From: Hypanus sabinus
Taxonomy: Eukaryota
Assembly: GCF_030144855.1 (NCBI RefSeq)
Contig: NC_082720.1
Location: forward strand, 76,074,001-76,138,000
DNA length: 64,000 nucleotides
Direction of reading: 5' to 3'
Below are positions 49,495-62,477 of the stretch, piece after piece; the stretch's first letter is position 1; every line of letters starts with the position of its first letter. Below the pieces are notes generated by a model. The model was not told the DNA's origin. It did no database searches and worked only from the letters and a program-made list of their open reading frames with translations. The translations under genes and the position numbers were made by a program.

Positions 49495-50200
49495 CATACA
49501 GGCCATGCTGTTTTCTCACTGCTGCCATCAGGCAGAAGGCACAAGTGCCTCAGGACTCGCACCACCAGGTTCAAGAGCAGTTACTACCCTTCAACCATCA
49601 GGCTTTTGAAAAAAAGAGGATAATTACACTCATCTATTGAGATGTTCCTACAACCAGTGATCTCTCTTTAAGGACTCTTTATCTTGTTATTTCATGCTCT
49701 CATTATTTATTGCTATTTATAGTTGCATTTCAACATTTTGTCATGTTATATGCTCCTGCTCTTCCATTGATCCTGTTTATAGTTGCGCTTCTATAGATTT
49801 GCTGAGTATGCCTGCAGGAAAAAGCTCAGGGCTGTATGTGGTGACATATAAGTACTCCAATAATAAACAAGAAACATGAGGAAATCTGCAGATGCTGGAA
49901 ATTCAAGCAACACACATAAAATGCCGGTGGAACGCAGCAGGCCAGGTAGCATCTATAGGGAGAAGCACTGTCGACGTTTTGGGCCGAGACCCTTTGTCAG
50001 GATTAACTGAAAGAAAAGATAGTAAAAGATTCTACTTTCAAATCTCTTACTATCTTTCCTTTCAGTTAGTCCTGACGAAGGGTCTTGGCCCAAAATGTCG
50101 ACAGTGCTTCTCCTTATAGATGCTGCCTGGCCTGCTGCGTTCCACCAGCACTTTGTGTGTGTTACTCCAATAGTAAATTTTACTTTGGACTCTGAACTTT
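49495..50200 (+). mobile_element. Rex1 3' end, interrupted by a palindromic PLE derivative
   Basis: caggccatgctgttttctcactgctgccatcaggcagaagg... The UTR resumes after 50162 as gtaaattttactttggactctgaacttt. Confidence 0.8.
49868..50162. mobile_element. Palindromic non-autonomous PLE derivative with a hammerhead motif on each strand; 15-bp TSD
   Basis: Arms ~49908-50031 and ~50040-50163 are inverted repeats around a ~9-nt loop. TSD tactccaata[a/g]taaa at 49853-49867 and 50163-50177. Confidence 0.92.
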
Positions 50201-51679
50201 AATGAGAGCTTTCTACCTGTAGTACAGACAAGCTCTCAGTCCTCTTTATTTTATAAAAACACATTAATATATTGAGGTATAATTGTTGAAAATCTATTGC
50301 TTCAGACTCCTTTTGACCCAAACATTAATTTCTCTCAATAGATGCCGACTGACATGCTGAATTCCTCCAGCATTTTGTGTGGTTCCAGATCTCCAACACG
50401 TGCCGTCTCTCATGTCTTTATAATATAGAATACTCTTTGTGATCCTTAGCTCAAATTCAATTTTTGTTGCATTGATGTTTTGACATTAAATTTTGAAATT
50501 TTTGCAGTGGGTAGATGAAATAGAGATTAGTTTCATCTTTTGTTACATCTATGCAATCTACTATACATATACAAGTTGCAGCACTTATTCGCATTTCATC
50601 CAGTATAGTGCATGTCACATGCAAATTTTATCCATGAAACAATTGCACTAAGTTAGTGCTGTGTGTAACGCAGTGCTGATTTTTGCAAATACATTGAATA
50701 TACAGAGTAAACCAGACTATGCTGTTTAGTTTCTATAGATTCTTCAGCAGTGAAGGAGTTCAAGCAATTTGTATTGAAAGCTTCACAAGTTCAATTAGAT
50801 CAGCAGAAACTGACATTGCAATTACTTCTGTGATGTTTGCTCACGGATATGTCAATTTCCTACTAGGCAAATTGGTTTGGAACATATAAAAGCTGCCAGC
50901 AGGCACGTAACAACTAACTCTGCTTCATCACTATTCAAAATTGCCTTCCTCAGACTGGCAGAGAATAGTTAATGAGAGCCGTTACAGGGAAACTTGCAAA
51001 TTATTCAGCACTGCTTCCATCTCTAGCTCCAATTTCTGATGCTCCAAAAGAGGTACTAACACCGTAAAGTCTCTGTCATGGCTCCATCAATATCCGGAGT
51101 GTAAAAGATCAATTGACAAGCTGACGTTCGTGCTGAGATGAGTTTCCTGTTGAAACTTCAGAGCTCAAAGACAAACTCCCCTTTTTGTTCATTTCTGCTT
51201 AGCTGAAGTTACTGTTCACTTATTTCTGTCCTTTAATGATGGGAACTAAATTAGTTTTCCCCCATTGCTCACAACCTAAGGCCAATGCTAGAATGGTTTT
51301 GCTTTTTATTAAAAGCTAATTTAGACACACCACCCAATAACATCATAACAATTACATTACTTCACATCCCATCTAGATTCAGTTAAAACAGAATTTAATT
51401 CAACATCCTCTTCCCTTAAAGGGAAGAGTTCCCATTACATCACAGAGCGGTCGAAGCATCTGAGCACTCAACTCCCCTCTGAAAATCTCCATTCCTGCAG
51501 TTATCACTCCTCTGAGCAGCCATTTCCAGAATAATATGACAGGATTTGGAGCATGCTATGAATGGAAGATTAGCTCCCAAGCAATCTACTAGAATTAGAA
51601 TAGACAATCAGGGCCCAACAGAAATTAAATTGTTTATTTCAAATAAATATTTCAATACTGGAAATAAGTCAGAAGATGT

Positions 51680-52325
51680 GTAGCTCGGGTGATTGATGGT
51701 AGGTTGAGTTGTTTTCTGATTTTGCAATTTTCTTGCAAATGTATGTCACCCCGTGTGGCGACATCAACAGTGTGCTGTCGATTGTGGCTGATCCTCCAAA
51801 TCCTCCTTTATATACATTTCAGTGGGCTGATTGGGCATCATTTTGGAAACTCAGTTGTGACATAGGGAGGAAGCCTTGTCACTGATTGGCTGTGTATCAA
51901 ACTTCGTACGTTATGGTCCGGAATTTTGCTTTGGCTCATGAATAGTCTCTAGGGACAAAGATTGAGAGGAGCGCAAATTTGACTTCATCAGTGAAAGTCA
52001 TGGCGCAAGCAAACACTTGGCATGAAAGGGAATTCCTAGAAGTGTGGTTTTCCATGAACAATTCTGTTGACTTCAATCCTATTTATGAACCGATGTGGGC
52101 AAAATTCCAGACCTCAGCATAAAGTTTGTCACATAGCCAACCAACGATGAAATTTCCTCCCCACATCATAGTTGTTTTCAAAATGATGTCCAATTAGCTG
52201 ATTGGAAAGTATATTAAGGCCAAGCATTCGGAGAACATACCACAAATAACAATGCACTGATGTTGGTGACGGAACATTTGGAAGTAAATTGCCAATATTG
52301 GTGACCAACTCAACCCAACCACCTT
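51680..52325 (+). mobile_element. Third PLE family remnant with inverted arms
   Basis: QANTWHEREFLEVWFSMNNSVDFNPIYEPM (GIY-YIG C-terminus). ~51695-51945 is a diverged inverted copy of ~52080-52322. Confidence 0.7.
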
Positions 52326-52564
52326 TCAATATTCTATGAACATGGGAGAGAATAAATTCTCCACACATGAAGTTATTGGGAATTGAAATGCTCTTTTAGA
52401 TAGTTGTCCATAGCACAGGTCACTCTCAAACTAGACCCTTCTAGGTTGGAAGAAAATAATACCAGATTGGAGAGATAAGTGGAAAGTTTAGGTTGACACT
52501 CAAGTCAGAGATGCAGTCTCTCAATTGAAGCATTAAACCAAGGACCCATCTGTCCTCTCCACAT

Positions 52565-53020
52565 GACTGTAAGATAAAGAAGCAGAGTTCATCTATTCGG
52601 CCCATTAAAGTCTGTTTTGCCATTCAATCATGACTTCTTTATCCATCAACACCATTCTGTTTTCTCCCAGTAAACCTCAGTCCCCTTAACAAGTCAAACC
52701 TTTCAAGAATCTCAATGACTTGGCCCTCACAACCCTCTAGCAACAGATTCCACAATCTTGTCACCCTCTGCCTGAAAAAAACTCCCCCTCATTTCAGTTC
52801 TAGAGGGATGCCCCTTTATTCAGAGGCTGTACCTTTGGACCCTAGGCTCTCCTACTAATGAAAACATCCTCTTTATAACCACTTGATACAGGCCTTTCAG
52901 TATTTGGTAGATATAATGCGATCCCCACTCGCACCCCAATCATACTCCTGAGATCCATCGATTAGGTGCCCAGAGCCATCAACCAGCTTGTGTGTCAAGC
53001 CTTTCATTCTCGGGATCATT
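52565..53020 (-). mobile_element. CR1-like LINE 3' end, degenerate
   Basis: taagataaagaagcagagttcatctattcggccc... matches the CR1 tails at 21138 and 28044. Confidence 0.7.
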
Positions 53021-53254
53021 CGCTCACGTAGGTGCAAAATACCTCACATTAAGTGTTTCCGTTTGTGCCCTGGTCACTATGTAGCTTTCCATCAGCATCA
53101 TTAAGTGATTTGGTCTATGCAAACTGATTGCTGTTTCTTGTGTTACCATTGACCTTTAAATCTGAATAGCCATAAAGCACATGGATCGTTTCAGCTGTGA
53201 AAGGCACACAATAAGTGAAGGTCTTTTTCCTGACCATCAGCAGTCCTTGAAGTG

Positions 53255-53712
53255 ACAGCTTATTGAGAAAGTCAGGAGGCATGGGATCCAAGGGGACATT
53301 GCTTTGCGGATCCAGAACTGGCTTGTCCACAGAAGGCAAAGAGTGATTGTAAATGGGTCATATTCTACATGGAGGTCGGTCACCAGTGGAGTGCCTCAGG
53401 GATCTGTTCTGGGACCCCTACTCTTCGTGATTTTTATAAACGACCTGGATGAGGAAGTGGAGGGATGGGTTAGTAAGTTTACTGATGACAAAGGTTAGGG
53501 GTGTTGTGGATAGTGTGGCGGACTGTCAAAGGTTACAGCGGGACGTTGATAGGATGCAAAACTGGGCTGAGAAGTGGCAGATGGAGTTCAACCCAGGTAA
53601 GTGTGAAGTGGTTCATTTTGGTAGGACAAATATGATGGCAGAATATAGTATTAATGGTAAGAATCTTGGCAGTGTGGAGGATCAGAGGGATCTTGGGGTC
53701 CGAGTTCATAGT
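53255..53712 (+). mobile_element. CR1 RT fragment
   Basis: [17 protein letters not shown]...[22 protein letters not shown]...WVSKFTDD and WAEKWQMEFNPGKCEVVHFG. Confidence 0.92.
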
Positions 53713-54702
53713 TCGAAGCTACTGCTCTTCAGAGCGCTATATGCGGTCCTTTTTACCCTCGGACATTATACTCTGTAATGAGTCAATCTATAGCTGGGGA
53801 AATGATGGCCCCCCTCATGTTAGACTGTTTAAGATGACTTACATTTTATTCTTTCATGCTTCTCTTCTAATATTTGTGTATCTGTGCACTTGTTATGCTT
53901 CTCAGATACTTTATTGATCCCAGAAGAGACCAAAGGAGATTAAAATGTCAATCTATCAATCTGTGACAAATGCATAACTTCACTAATTCCTCATTAATTC
54001 TTAACACAAGAAATAGGTACTGACAGTGGGAGAGGGGCGAATGCAATCACAAAGGAATAAGAGGCAAAGAGAGTCAGTATCATACGGCACAGGAATACGC
54101 TCCAAATCCATGCTGACTATTAAATAAGTGAGAGTCAGATCGTCAATCTGGCTACGAGGAACTGCCAATGAGGTCTAATCTAGGCTTAGACACCAAATGC
54201 CTTATTTGAAAGCAGAAACCATTTTTAATGATATTTTGCTCTTACAATAGATGCAAGCCATCGATTTAACATTTACTGGAAGGTGAAACCATTTGTTTAA
54301 ATCCATGAAAATTTTTCATATTTACCAGTGCTTCTGTACCCACCAGTTTAAAAGAAGATGAGGGATTTCTATAAATCTTTTATCTACACAATTATCGACT
54401 TTAACTAGGATCATTTTAAGAAAACAATGGAATCTGGTTTCTTGGCACCAGCAAGAATGCCGTCATTTTTGACAGTCCACAGTTCTCACTCCTGTTTTGA
54501 ACAGAAGTACAGGACAGATGACCCCAGCTTGCTTGTTCTCTTACAACACTTTCTCCTTTATGATAAAACAATTTTGCGTTTTAATTCAGATTTTTTTCTG
54601 GCCAGCTATATACACTTGGAGGCTATTTTATAAGGTATATGAATTGAACCCATTTTTGTTTCCTGCTGATGTAGCCCATTTATAATTTTCATGGTTAACG
54701 TC

Positions 54703-54841
54703 ACATTTTTGGTCTGAACAACTGAACCTCTCGACTGACCACATCTACATGCTTTTATGCATTGAGTTGTTGCCACGTGATTGGCTGATAAGATATATGC
54801 ATTAACGAGCAGGTGTACCTAATAAAATGGCCACTGAGTAT
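54703..54841 (-). mobile_element. Partial Tc1-derived element (same family as 3470-4088)
   Basis: ...gattggctgataagatatatgcattaacgagcaggtgtacctaataaaatggccactgag is the reverse complement of the 3470 left end. Confidence 0.85.
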
Positions 54842-54869
54842 CTACTTGATTTCTTCACTGTTTATTTGG

Positions 54870-55780
54870 AATAAAGTTTGTGGATGATACAAAGATAGGT
54901 GGAGCACCAGGTACTGTTGAGAAAGCAGGGAGTTTGCTGAAGGACTTGGACATATTGATAGAATGGACAAAGAATTAGTAGATGGAATATAGTGTAGGGA
55001 ACTGTATGGCCATGCATTTTGGTAGAAGGAATAAAAGCATAGACTATTTTCTAAACAGGGAGAAAATTCAAAAATTAGAGGTGCAAAGGCACTTGAAAAT
55101 TCTCGTGTGGGATTCTGTAAAGGTTAACTTGCGGGTTCAGTCAGTGGTAAGGAAGGCAAGTGCAACATTAGCATTCAGTTTGAGCGGACTAGAATATACT
55201 GTAAAGGCAAGGATATAATGCTGAGATTTTATATGCCATTGGTTAGACCCCATTTGGAGTGTGTGAGCTGTTTTGGGCCTCTTATCTACGAAAAGATGTG
55301 TTGGAATGGAGAGCTTCCAGAGGTGGTACACAGGAAGGAAAGGGTTAATGTAGGAGGAGCATTTGATTGCACTGAGCCTGTACTCGCTGGGATTTAGAAG
55401 AATGAGTGGAAATCTCATTGAAACCCACAAAATATTGAAAGGATTAAATAGAATGGATATAGGGAGGATGATTCCTAAAGTGGGTGAGTCTAGGACCAGG
55501 GGTCACAGCCTCATAATAGGGGGATGTAAATTTTGGACCAGAGATGAGGAGGAATTTCTTTAGCCAGAGGGTAGTGCATCTGTGGAATTAATTGCCACAG
55601 AGAACTGCCTAGGGAAGACACTGGGTATATTTAAAGTAGAGGTTGATAGGTTCATGATTAGTAAGAGTGTCAAAGGTTATGGAGTGAAGGCAGAGGAGAG
55701 TTGCCGAGAGGCTAATAAATCAGCATAAAGGAATGGAGGAGCAGACTCAGTGGGCCAAATGGCCTCTTTCTGCTCCTATT
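54870..55780 (+). mobile_element. CR1-like LINE 3' part
   Basis: KFVDDTKIGG, MEYSVGNCMAMHFGRRN and LSLYSLGFRRMSGNLIETHKILKG. Confidence 0.88.
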
Positions 55781-56899
55781 GTTTTCTATTGTTTTTTAAA
55801 GTTATTACATACACTCCCCTCCCAACAAACACCCCCATATTAAAGCCACTTTTGAATTTGAAGATTAAACAGTATGAGGATAGGATGTTCCAATTTCTCC
55901 AGTAGACTGCCTGGCTATAGCAGACTAATTCCACTCAAAGTTTTATCAGTCATCAATGCCACTGTCATGTCCATGATCACAGGAGAGAATTCTGTTGAAT
56001 AGTTCCAACATGCCGTCCAATCTCACTGGATGCAGTAGACTCAGAAACAGGTACTACACACATGAAGATCACAAGGAGTTGAGTGGATGACACCCTCTTC
56101 CTTAAAATGTTTGTTAAATTGCAGAAGTAAACAGTGCAATGAATCCTGGACCTAGAAACCCTACAGTTGACAGAAAGTTAATAGACCATGAAAGGTCAAA
56201 TATGTCAGATAGCAGTTGACAACTGAACAGTCATTTTTTTAAGAAACTTTGTCAGATTAATTATAATGTTAATCACTACTTCCCAGGGATGATGGTAGAA
56301 GTGTCTACATTAGGGGCATTTAAGAAACTCATAGACAGGCACAAGGATGGTAGTGAAACAGAGAGCTATGATGGAGTGAGGGGTTAGAATGAACTTGGAG
56401 TGGTTAAAAGTTTCTGTACTGTGCAGTAACGCTCTTTGCTGTTCTATATTAAAGACATAAACAAAAGCATTAGAAGACATGATGAATACTCTGTCCTGCA
56501 TCCTAATCAATGACAATTGAAAGAAAGAAAAATAATACCCAAAGCTTTAGAGGCAAGTAAACACAGCACAGTCACAGCAGAGATGGGAACAGCCTTTACA
56601 GTTCATGAGCACCCAGAAGCAGCGTGATGACAATAACCAGATGTTCATCACTCATCTTTTCTCAATGGAACCAGTGTGGAGATGGGGATACACATTAGCA
56701 AAAATATCAGGACTTATCTAGGTTAGTGCGATGGCAACTTTTATGGCAACCCAGAAAGTAAGAGGTTCCTCCTTTTGAATGTCTCATCTGAAAGTCTGCA
56801 TACTCAAAACATGTAGCAATTTCCATAAGGTTCTGGATAAGCGGTGTAAACTTCAGTTTTGTTTTTGAGTTCGATTATGGAGTGATACCTGAAAATACA

Positions 56900-57362
56900 A
56901 GGCTAGTGTGTGGCAAGTGTTTGATGGCTCTCAGCCTATACTAGCTGGTGCTTAGAGGGATGACGGCTGGCAGGTGGGATCTCACAGAAGCCTATCGAAA
57001 ATGGAAAGGCCTAGATAGAGTAGATGTGGAAAAGATGTTTCCTATAGTGGGGGGAGTCTAGGACCAGGGGGCACAGCCTCAGAATAAATAGGGACATCCC
57101 TCTAGAACAGAGATGAGGAGAGGTTTATTTAGTCATAGGGTAGTTAACCTGTGGAATATGTTGCCACAATCAGCTGTGGAAGCCAGGTCATTGGGTATAT
57201 TTAAAGAGGAGGTTGATAGGTTCTAGATTAGTAAGGGCATCAAAGGTTACGGGAGAAGGCAGGAAAATGGGGCAGAGAGGAAAAATAAATCAGCCATGAT
57301 AGAACAGTGGAGCAGACTCAGTGGGCCAAATGGACTAATTCTGCTCCCATGTCTTATGGCCT
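56900..57362 (+). mobile_element. CR1-like LINE 3' end
   Basis: Homologous to 55370-55780. Ends aattctgctcccatgtcttatgg. Confidence 0.82.
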
Positions 57363-58322
57363 AGAAATCAAACCTATGTAGGGCAAGGAAACTACTAAAT
57401 GAAACATAGGACGACTAAATAAATTAAATCCATTCTTATTGGAATGTGGTGTTAAATGGGAGTTTTAACATTGGGGCAACAGTATATGCCATTGATAATA
57501 ATACCCTTAAGATTACAGAACAGATGTGATGCTGCTTTGAATAAATTGTGGTTTATCAGGAAAAGAAACACAAATTCTGTTTTAAGGCAGGTGGGGAGGA
57601 GAAGAATATTGTATGGTTTCTGTTTAGCCATTTGTATAAACAAAATGGATAATTTTCTCGCTCCTCCCATTGTTTACTCAGCAGTACAGACGGAAGGGTA
57701 GAAAATCATCTTTAGTTGCATATCTTCCTTGTACAATAAAGTGACACAGACTTTCCATTCTGCTGCCATAGTTGATAATGAAAAAATGAATTCCATTTCT
57801 GAAATTTTATGTTGGTACACACATAAACAGACACTTCTATTCCATAGTTTTCTCTTGTGATAGTAATATCAGAAGTACAGTATTTAAAAAAAGAGACGAA
57901 TTCTCCTTCAGTTGCATTGCGTTACTGAACATAGCAAGAGTGAAGGTTTGTAATTTTGTTTTATTCCTGCCAAAGAGCCCGAAGCACACCTAAACAATGA
58001 ATTTTCCTCAAATAGGAATCACAGGGAATTCCTGTTATCTCAAGCATGACATGTTACATTCCCTCAAGCTATTTAACTGGTAATAAAATGCTGATGCATT
58101 TTCATAACTCTCATTTTCTGCTGATTAAGAATTTTTAAAAATAGGGACAGAGTTTAAATACAATCTCTCTATTAATTGCAAATATGCACCACATCTCTGT
58201 TGAGTATTATTTGTGTGAAAAGAATAATAATTCCAATATTGAATCAATTGATTGGATGGATGTGACAATGTACTGATTCAGATTATACTGTTAATTGAAG
58301 GTTAAACCTAATCTGTGTAACA

Positions 58323-58490
58323 CCTATGGAAAAGAGTAAACAGTCAACATTTTGGGCTGAGACCCTTCAGGACACCAAAAGCATCAACTGTTTATTCTTT
58401 TCCATAGAAGCTGCCTGGTCTGCTGAGTTCATCTAGCATATTGTGTGTGTTGTTTGATTTCCAACATCTGCAGATTTTCTCTTGTTTGTG
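58323..58490. mobile_element. Degenerate palindromic PLE-terminal element
   Basis: ctatggaaaagagtaaacagt is inverted against actgtttattcttttccatag, followed by the PLE terminus catctgcagattttctcttgttt. Confidence 0.75.
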
Positions 58491-58949
58491 CAACATCTGG
58501 TGTTTATTAGTAAAATTCAAGGCCTTTGTAATGAGAACTGCTATTCCAACTGACAAGGTGTTGAAGCCAAGGCAGAGAAATTATTGTACACATAACATTA
58601 GGTTTTGGGATCTGATAGTTTGTTAACATGGCAATAAAATCTCAGAGTTCTGGAATCACAGTGGAAAGTTTTCAGAGTCTTTTACTTTAGCACTTGTGAG
58701 TAGCTTAAATTCTCATCAATACAATTGATTTTCCTCAGTTCTATTGAAGAGAGCAACATGCAAACCTATCAGCAAATTTCCTTGTCAAACTGAAGCCTTA
58801 AGCTCATTACATTAATTAATGATGTGGACACATGATTACCAACACCCAAATCTGGGCCAAACTAGCCAAATGTTTAAATAGTTGAAGTGCAAATATTGCA
58901 CATAGATTAGAGTCTAATGAGATGGAAGCAAGGCTTCTCATTACTGCCA

Positions 58950-59190
58950 GTGAGTAGGTGCAGGAGCCTGAAGACCCACACTTGATGTTTTCGGGACAGT
59001 CTCTTCTCCACCCTCAGATTTCTGAATGGCCCACAAACACATGAACGTCTCCTCACTACTTTTCTCTCTTTTTGCAATACTTTCTCTTTTATTTCTAATT
59101 GTAACGTGTAGTATTTTTAACATTTTGCGTTATGCTGCTGCAAAACAACACATTTCACGATGTGTCAATGATAATAAGCCTGACCATGAT
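58950..59190 (+). mobile_element. Rex1 3' UTR fragment
   Basis: caggagcctgaagacccacact...gctgctgcaaaacaacacatttcacg...aagcctga. Confidence 0.75.
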
Positions 59191-59489
59191 TTAAACTTAC
59201 ATAATGTTTCTATTTGTTAATTACAATGCTAATTAGCCATGAATAATGAATAGATTAACTACAACTAGGTTTGCAATGTAGAACTAAAGTTCTTTTTTTC
59301 TCTTTCTACTGATGCTGTCCAACCAGGTGAATATTTCCAGCATATTTTTATTTTAGCAATTGGTAATATATTCCCCATTGTTGCCACTTCTGAACATCAC
59401 TCAGAGAGAGCCCATCCCTGCTAAAGTTAGCCATGATGAGAAGGAACAGAAATTTTCCCAAAGAATTAGAAGGCAGTAATAGGGTGAGA

Positions 59490-59790
59490 CTGATACAACA
59501 CAAAATAGGCCCTTAAGTTCTTTGTGTCTATGCCAACCATCAAGCACATATTTACATAAAGCTCACATTAATTGCATTTTATTCACCCTACATTCACCTC
59601 AGATTCCCAAGATGCTACCGTTCACCCACATATTAAGGGCAACTTGCAGCCCCCTTCATCTTGTGATATGGGAGGAAGCGGGAGCAATCAGAGGGAGAAT
59701 ATGCAGCCTCCATACAGATCCCACTAGGTGTCAGGATTAATCTTGGGTGTTCAAGAGGTGTGAAGCTGCAACACTAGCGATCCCATAATG
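59490..59790 (-). mobile_element. Degenerate V-SINE-like element
   Basis: gatatgggaggaagcgggagca...gggagaatatgcagcctccatacag...aggtgtcaggattaatcttgg. Confidence 0.5.
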
Positions 59791-60344
59791 TTAGAAGGTG
59801 CAGAAGTATTTGCTCCATTGTTTTCTTATTCTCATTAAAACAATTCTAAATACAAGGGATTCTGTGAAATAAGCGCCTTGAAAACGTTGCTTTAAAAAAA
59901 ATCTCACCATCTCAGCTCTATCCAGCCCTAAAAACTAAGTCTTAGTCCTTGGATATTGCTCACCTGCCACTGCCCCTACAAGTGAACCTCTCTCTCACAC
60001 ATACTCCCCTCCATACACAACTTCAATTGCAGAAATTTCCCAAAACCCAGTCCATGCTATTCCTTTTTTGATCCACAAGGCGGCACTGTAGTCCAATGCA
60101 GGAAGATCAGTAATCCCGAGCCCCTTTCAGGGCAGGTGACCCAGCCTTACTGCCTGAATATTACTTGTAAACAAAACTATCACAATTATTGCTGGACTTC
60201 AAGGACAATCATTGTGGTTGACTTCTATTATACTGTTCACAGAATGATGTGTAATATATACAAAATCAGTTCCAAGATACTACATGGGGAAAATGCAGAC
60301 ATCTTCACTGAATTAACAAGCCTCTTGCTTCTTAGCAAAATTCC

Positions 60345-60670
60345 ATAAGGCTAAGACGTAGGAGCAGTATTAGGTAACCTGGCTCATTGTGTTTCCTCCA
60401 CCAGCAGATCTATTATATCTCTCCACCCTATACTCCTACCTTCAAGGGGAATTTGAAGGACTCTTTTTCCACTCAGATGATGGTGCGAATGTGGAATGAG
60501 CGTAAGTGGTAAATGTGTGCTTAAATGAAACATTTAAGATATGATCAGGTAGGTACATGAGTGAGAGGGGTTTGGAGGGATATGGTCTTGGCACAGGCAG
60601 ATGGGACAAAGCAGGAAGTCGGGTTGATATGGATTAGATGGGTTGTAGGACCTGATTCAATGCTGCAGCC
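60345..60670. mobile_element. Two opposed CR1 3' tail fragments
   Basis: cataaggctaagacgtaggagcag (- strand tail), then ctttttccactcagatgatggtgcgaatgtggaatgagc...gggtttggagggatatgg (+ strand). Confidence 0.6.
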
Positions 60671-62477
60671 CTCAGTAAGGACTTATCAAAACTTCCTTCT
60701 GTTCTTGCTGAAAACTAAAATCTACTTATTACAATGGATTAGACTTCAAACTGGAGGACACTTTCTCTTGTTTCTTGTTCTCTTATCCCCAGTCACCATT
60801 GTGATTCTGAAGGATTTGATACAATTTCTCAGAAGTTACTATTACGTTGCGAGCTGAAGGCAAGGCAAAGTAAAAGGCTGCAGCCTACCCACCCAATCCA
60901 CAGACATTGCATTAAGGGGGATGATTAGGGAATTTTCAAACAAGTTAGTAATTGTACTCCGCCCTGCAAATGGGTGGAGAAAAGTCTCAGCATAGTGTTT
61001 AAATACCATTGTAAGGGATGTCATTTTTGGGAAACATTATACTGTATACAATCTGCTTCTGACTATTAAGATGAATTGCAAATTAAAATTCTATCCATCA
61101 CATACCAATAATGGGTTTCAGCCCAACTTCAGGGAAAATACCCTACTATTAAATTTACAAACATACACAATGATATTAATAATCAAACAGCTCTAACAAA
61201 ACTTAAATCCTTCAAAATCTGTACTTAAAGTTCTATCCACTAGATGTGCTTATGGTCCAGGCTTTGAAATTGATCAGTAATATTTTTCAAGCTGAAGTAG
61301 TCTTAAAGGCCAAGACTTGATTCAAGTTGGTCATTATGTTGAATATTTAATGCTGTGGGAGTACATTCAAAGGCTCATCATCTTTACAATGAAGCATGGA
61401 GAGGCTCATTACTGCTCCTGACAATTTGTGCGTACAGGATGCAGTTGCGTGTTAACTCCACAGCAGCAGGGAGTCCGGCCAAGATCTATGAAAGTAAAAT
61501 AAGTAAACAAAAAACTCTAATTGCATCATCTGCAATTAAATTAACCAAACAGTACACAATTCAAAACAAATAGTTACCACACATCCAGGGCCAGATGTTG
61601 CAGGGAATCTGCAGGGTATGCAAGTGAATGCCTATGGTTACTTGCATGGCTAGCAGAATTGTGGGATTTCTTCAGGAATCTGCTGTCAGTTATACGTCTC
61701 ATTTTTCAGTATGGCACTTCCATGTTGGACCCATTATGATGTCCACCGTGAGAGAAAAGAGTCTGGAGCTCTTCCAGCACTTAGGAGAATACCTGGATAG
61801 ATGGGCTGAAGGGCCTTTCTTGACTGTAGTGATCTATGACTCTATTAGAGAAGTTTGGATAGGTACATAGATGGAAGGGGAATGGAGGGCTATGGTTCAG
61901 ATGTGAGTTGATGGGATAGCCAGATTAATGATTTGGCACAGACTAGATGGGCTGAAGGGCATGTTTTCTTTATGGCTCTATATAAATGCAAATTAAATGG
62001 CTTTTATCACTTCAGAGTTTTAAAAAGACATCAAATATTTCAATTATCAACATATAGGACGTTTTAAATGCAAATTTGTATACCTAAGAATGGATGCTGT
62101 TCTGGGATGTGTTTAGCTGACTAAGTAAGATTTGTTCAAGCCTTTCTGTTGCAGTAGCCCGTTCTGACCATCCCCTACACAAAGGGGTATTTCTAAAGGG
62201 AAGCTGGATTTTGTTACTTGCACTAAGCGCACACAGGACAAATGCGCAAAGCAACAGTGAACCAGTGCCATAAGATCCCGGACTACTGGTTCTTGGCCAT
62301 ACTTAAGAAAGAAGGTTAAAATCCCAGTTTATTCAACTGGTGCAACATTTGCATTTTAAAACTAATGCTACTTCCAGGTTGGTGGATGTTTTACAATGGC
62401 TTGTCCTTTATCTCTCTGATTAATTCGAAGTTGAAGATTGTTTATTGTTTATACAATTTCAACAAAACATCTCAACC

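Noticed and set aside
60770-60930. Strong + strand splice acceptor (ttgttctcttatccccAG) followed by an open frame
   Set aside because: No canonical donor in good context and no recognisable peptide. Not supportable without RNA data.
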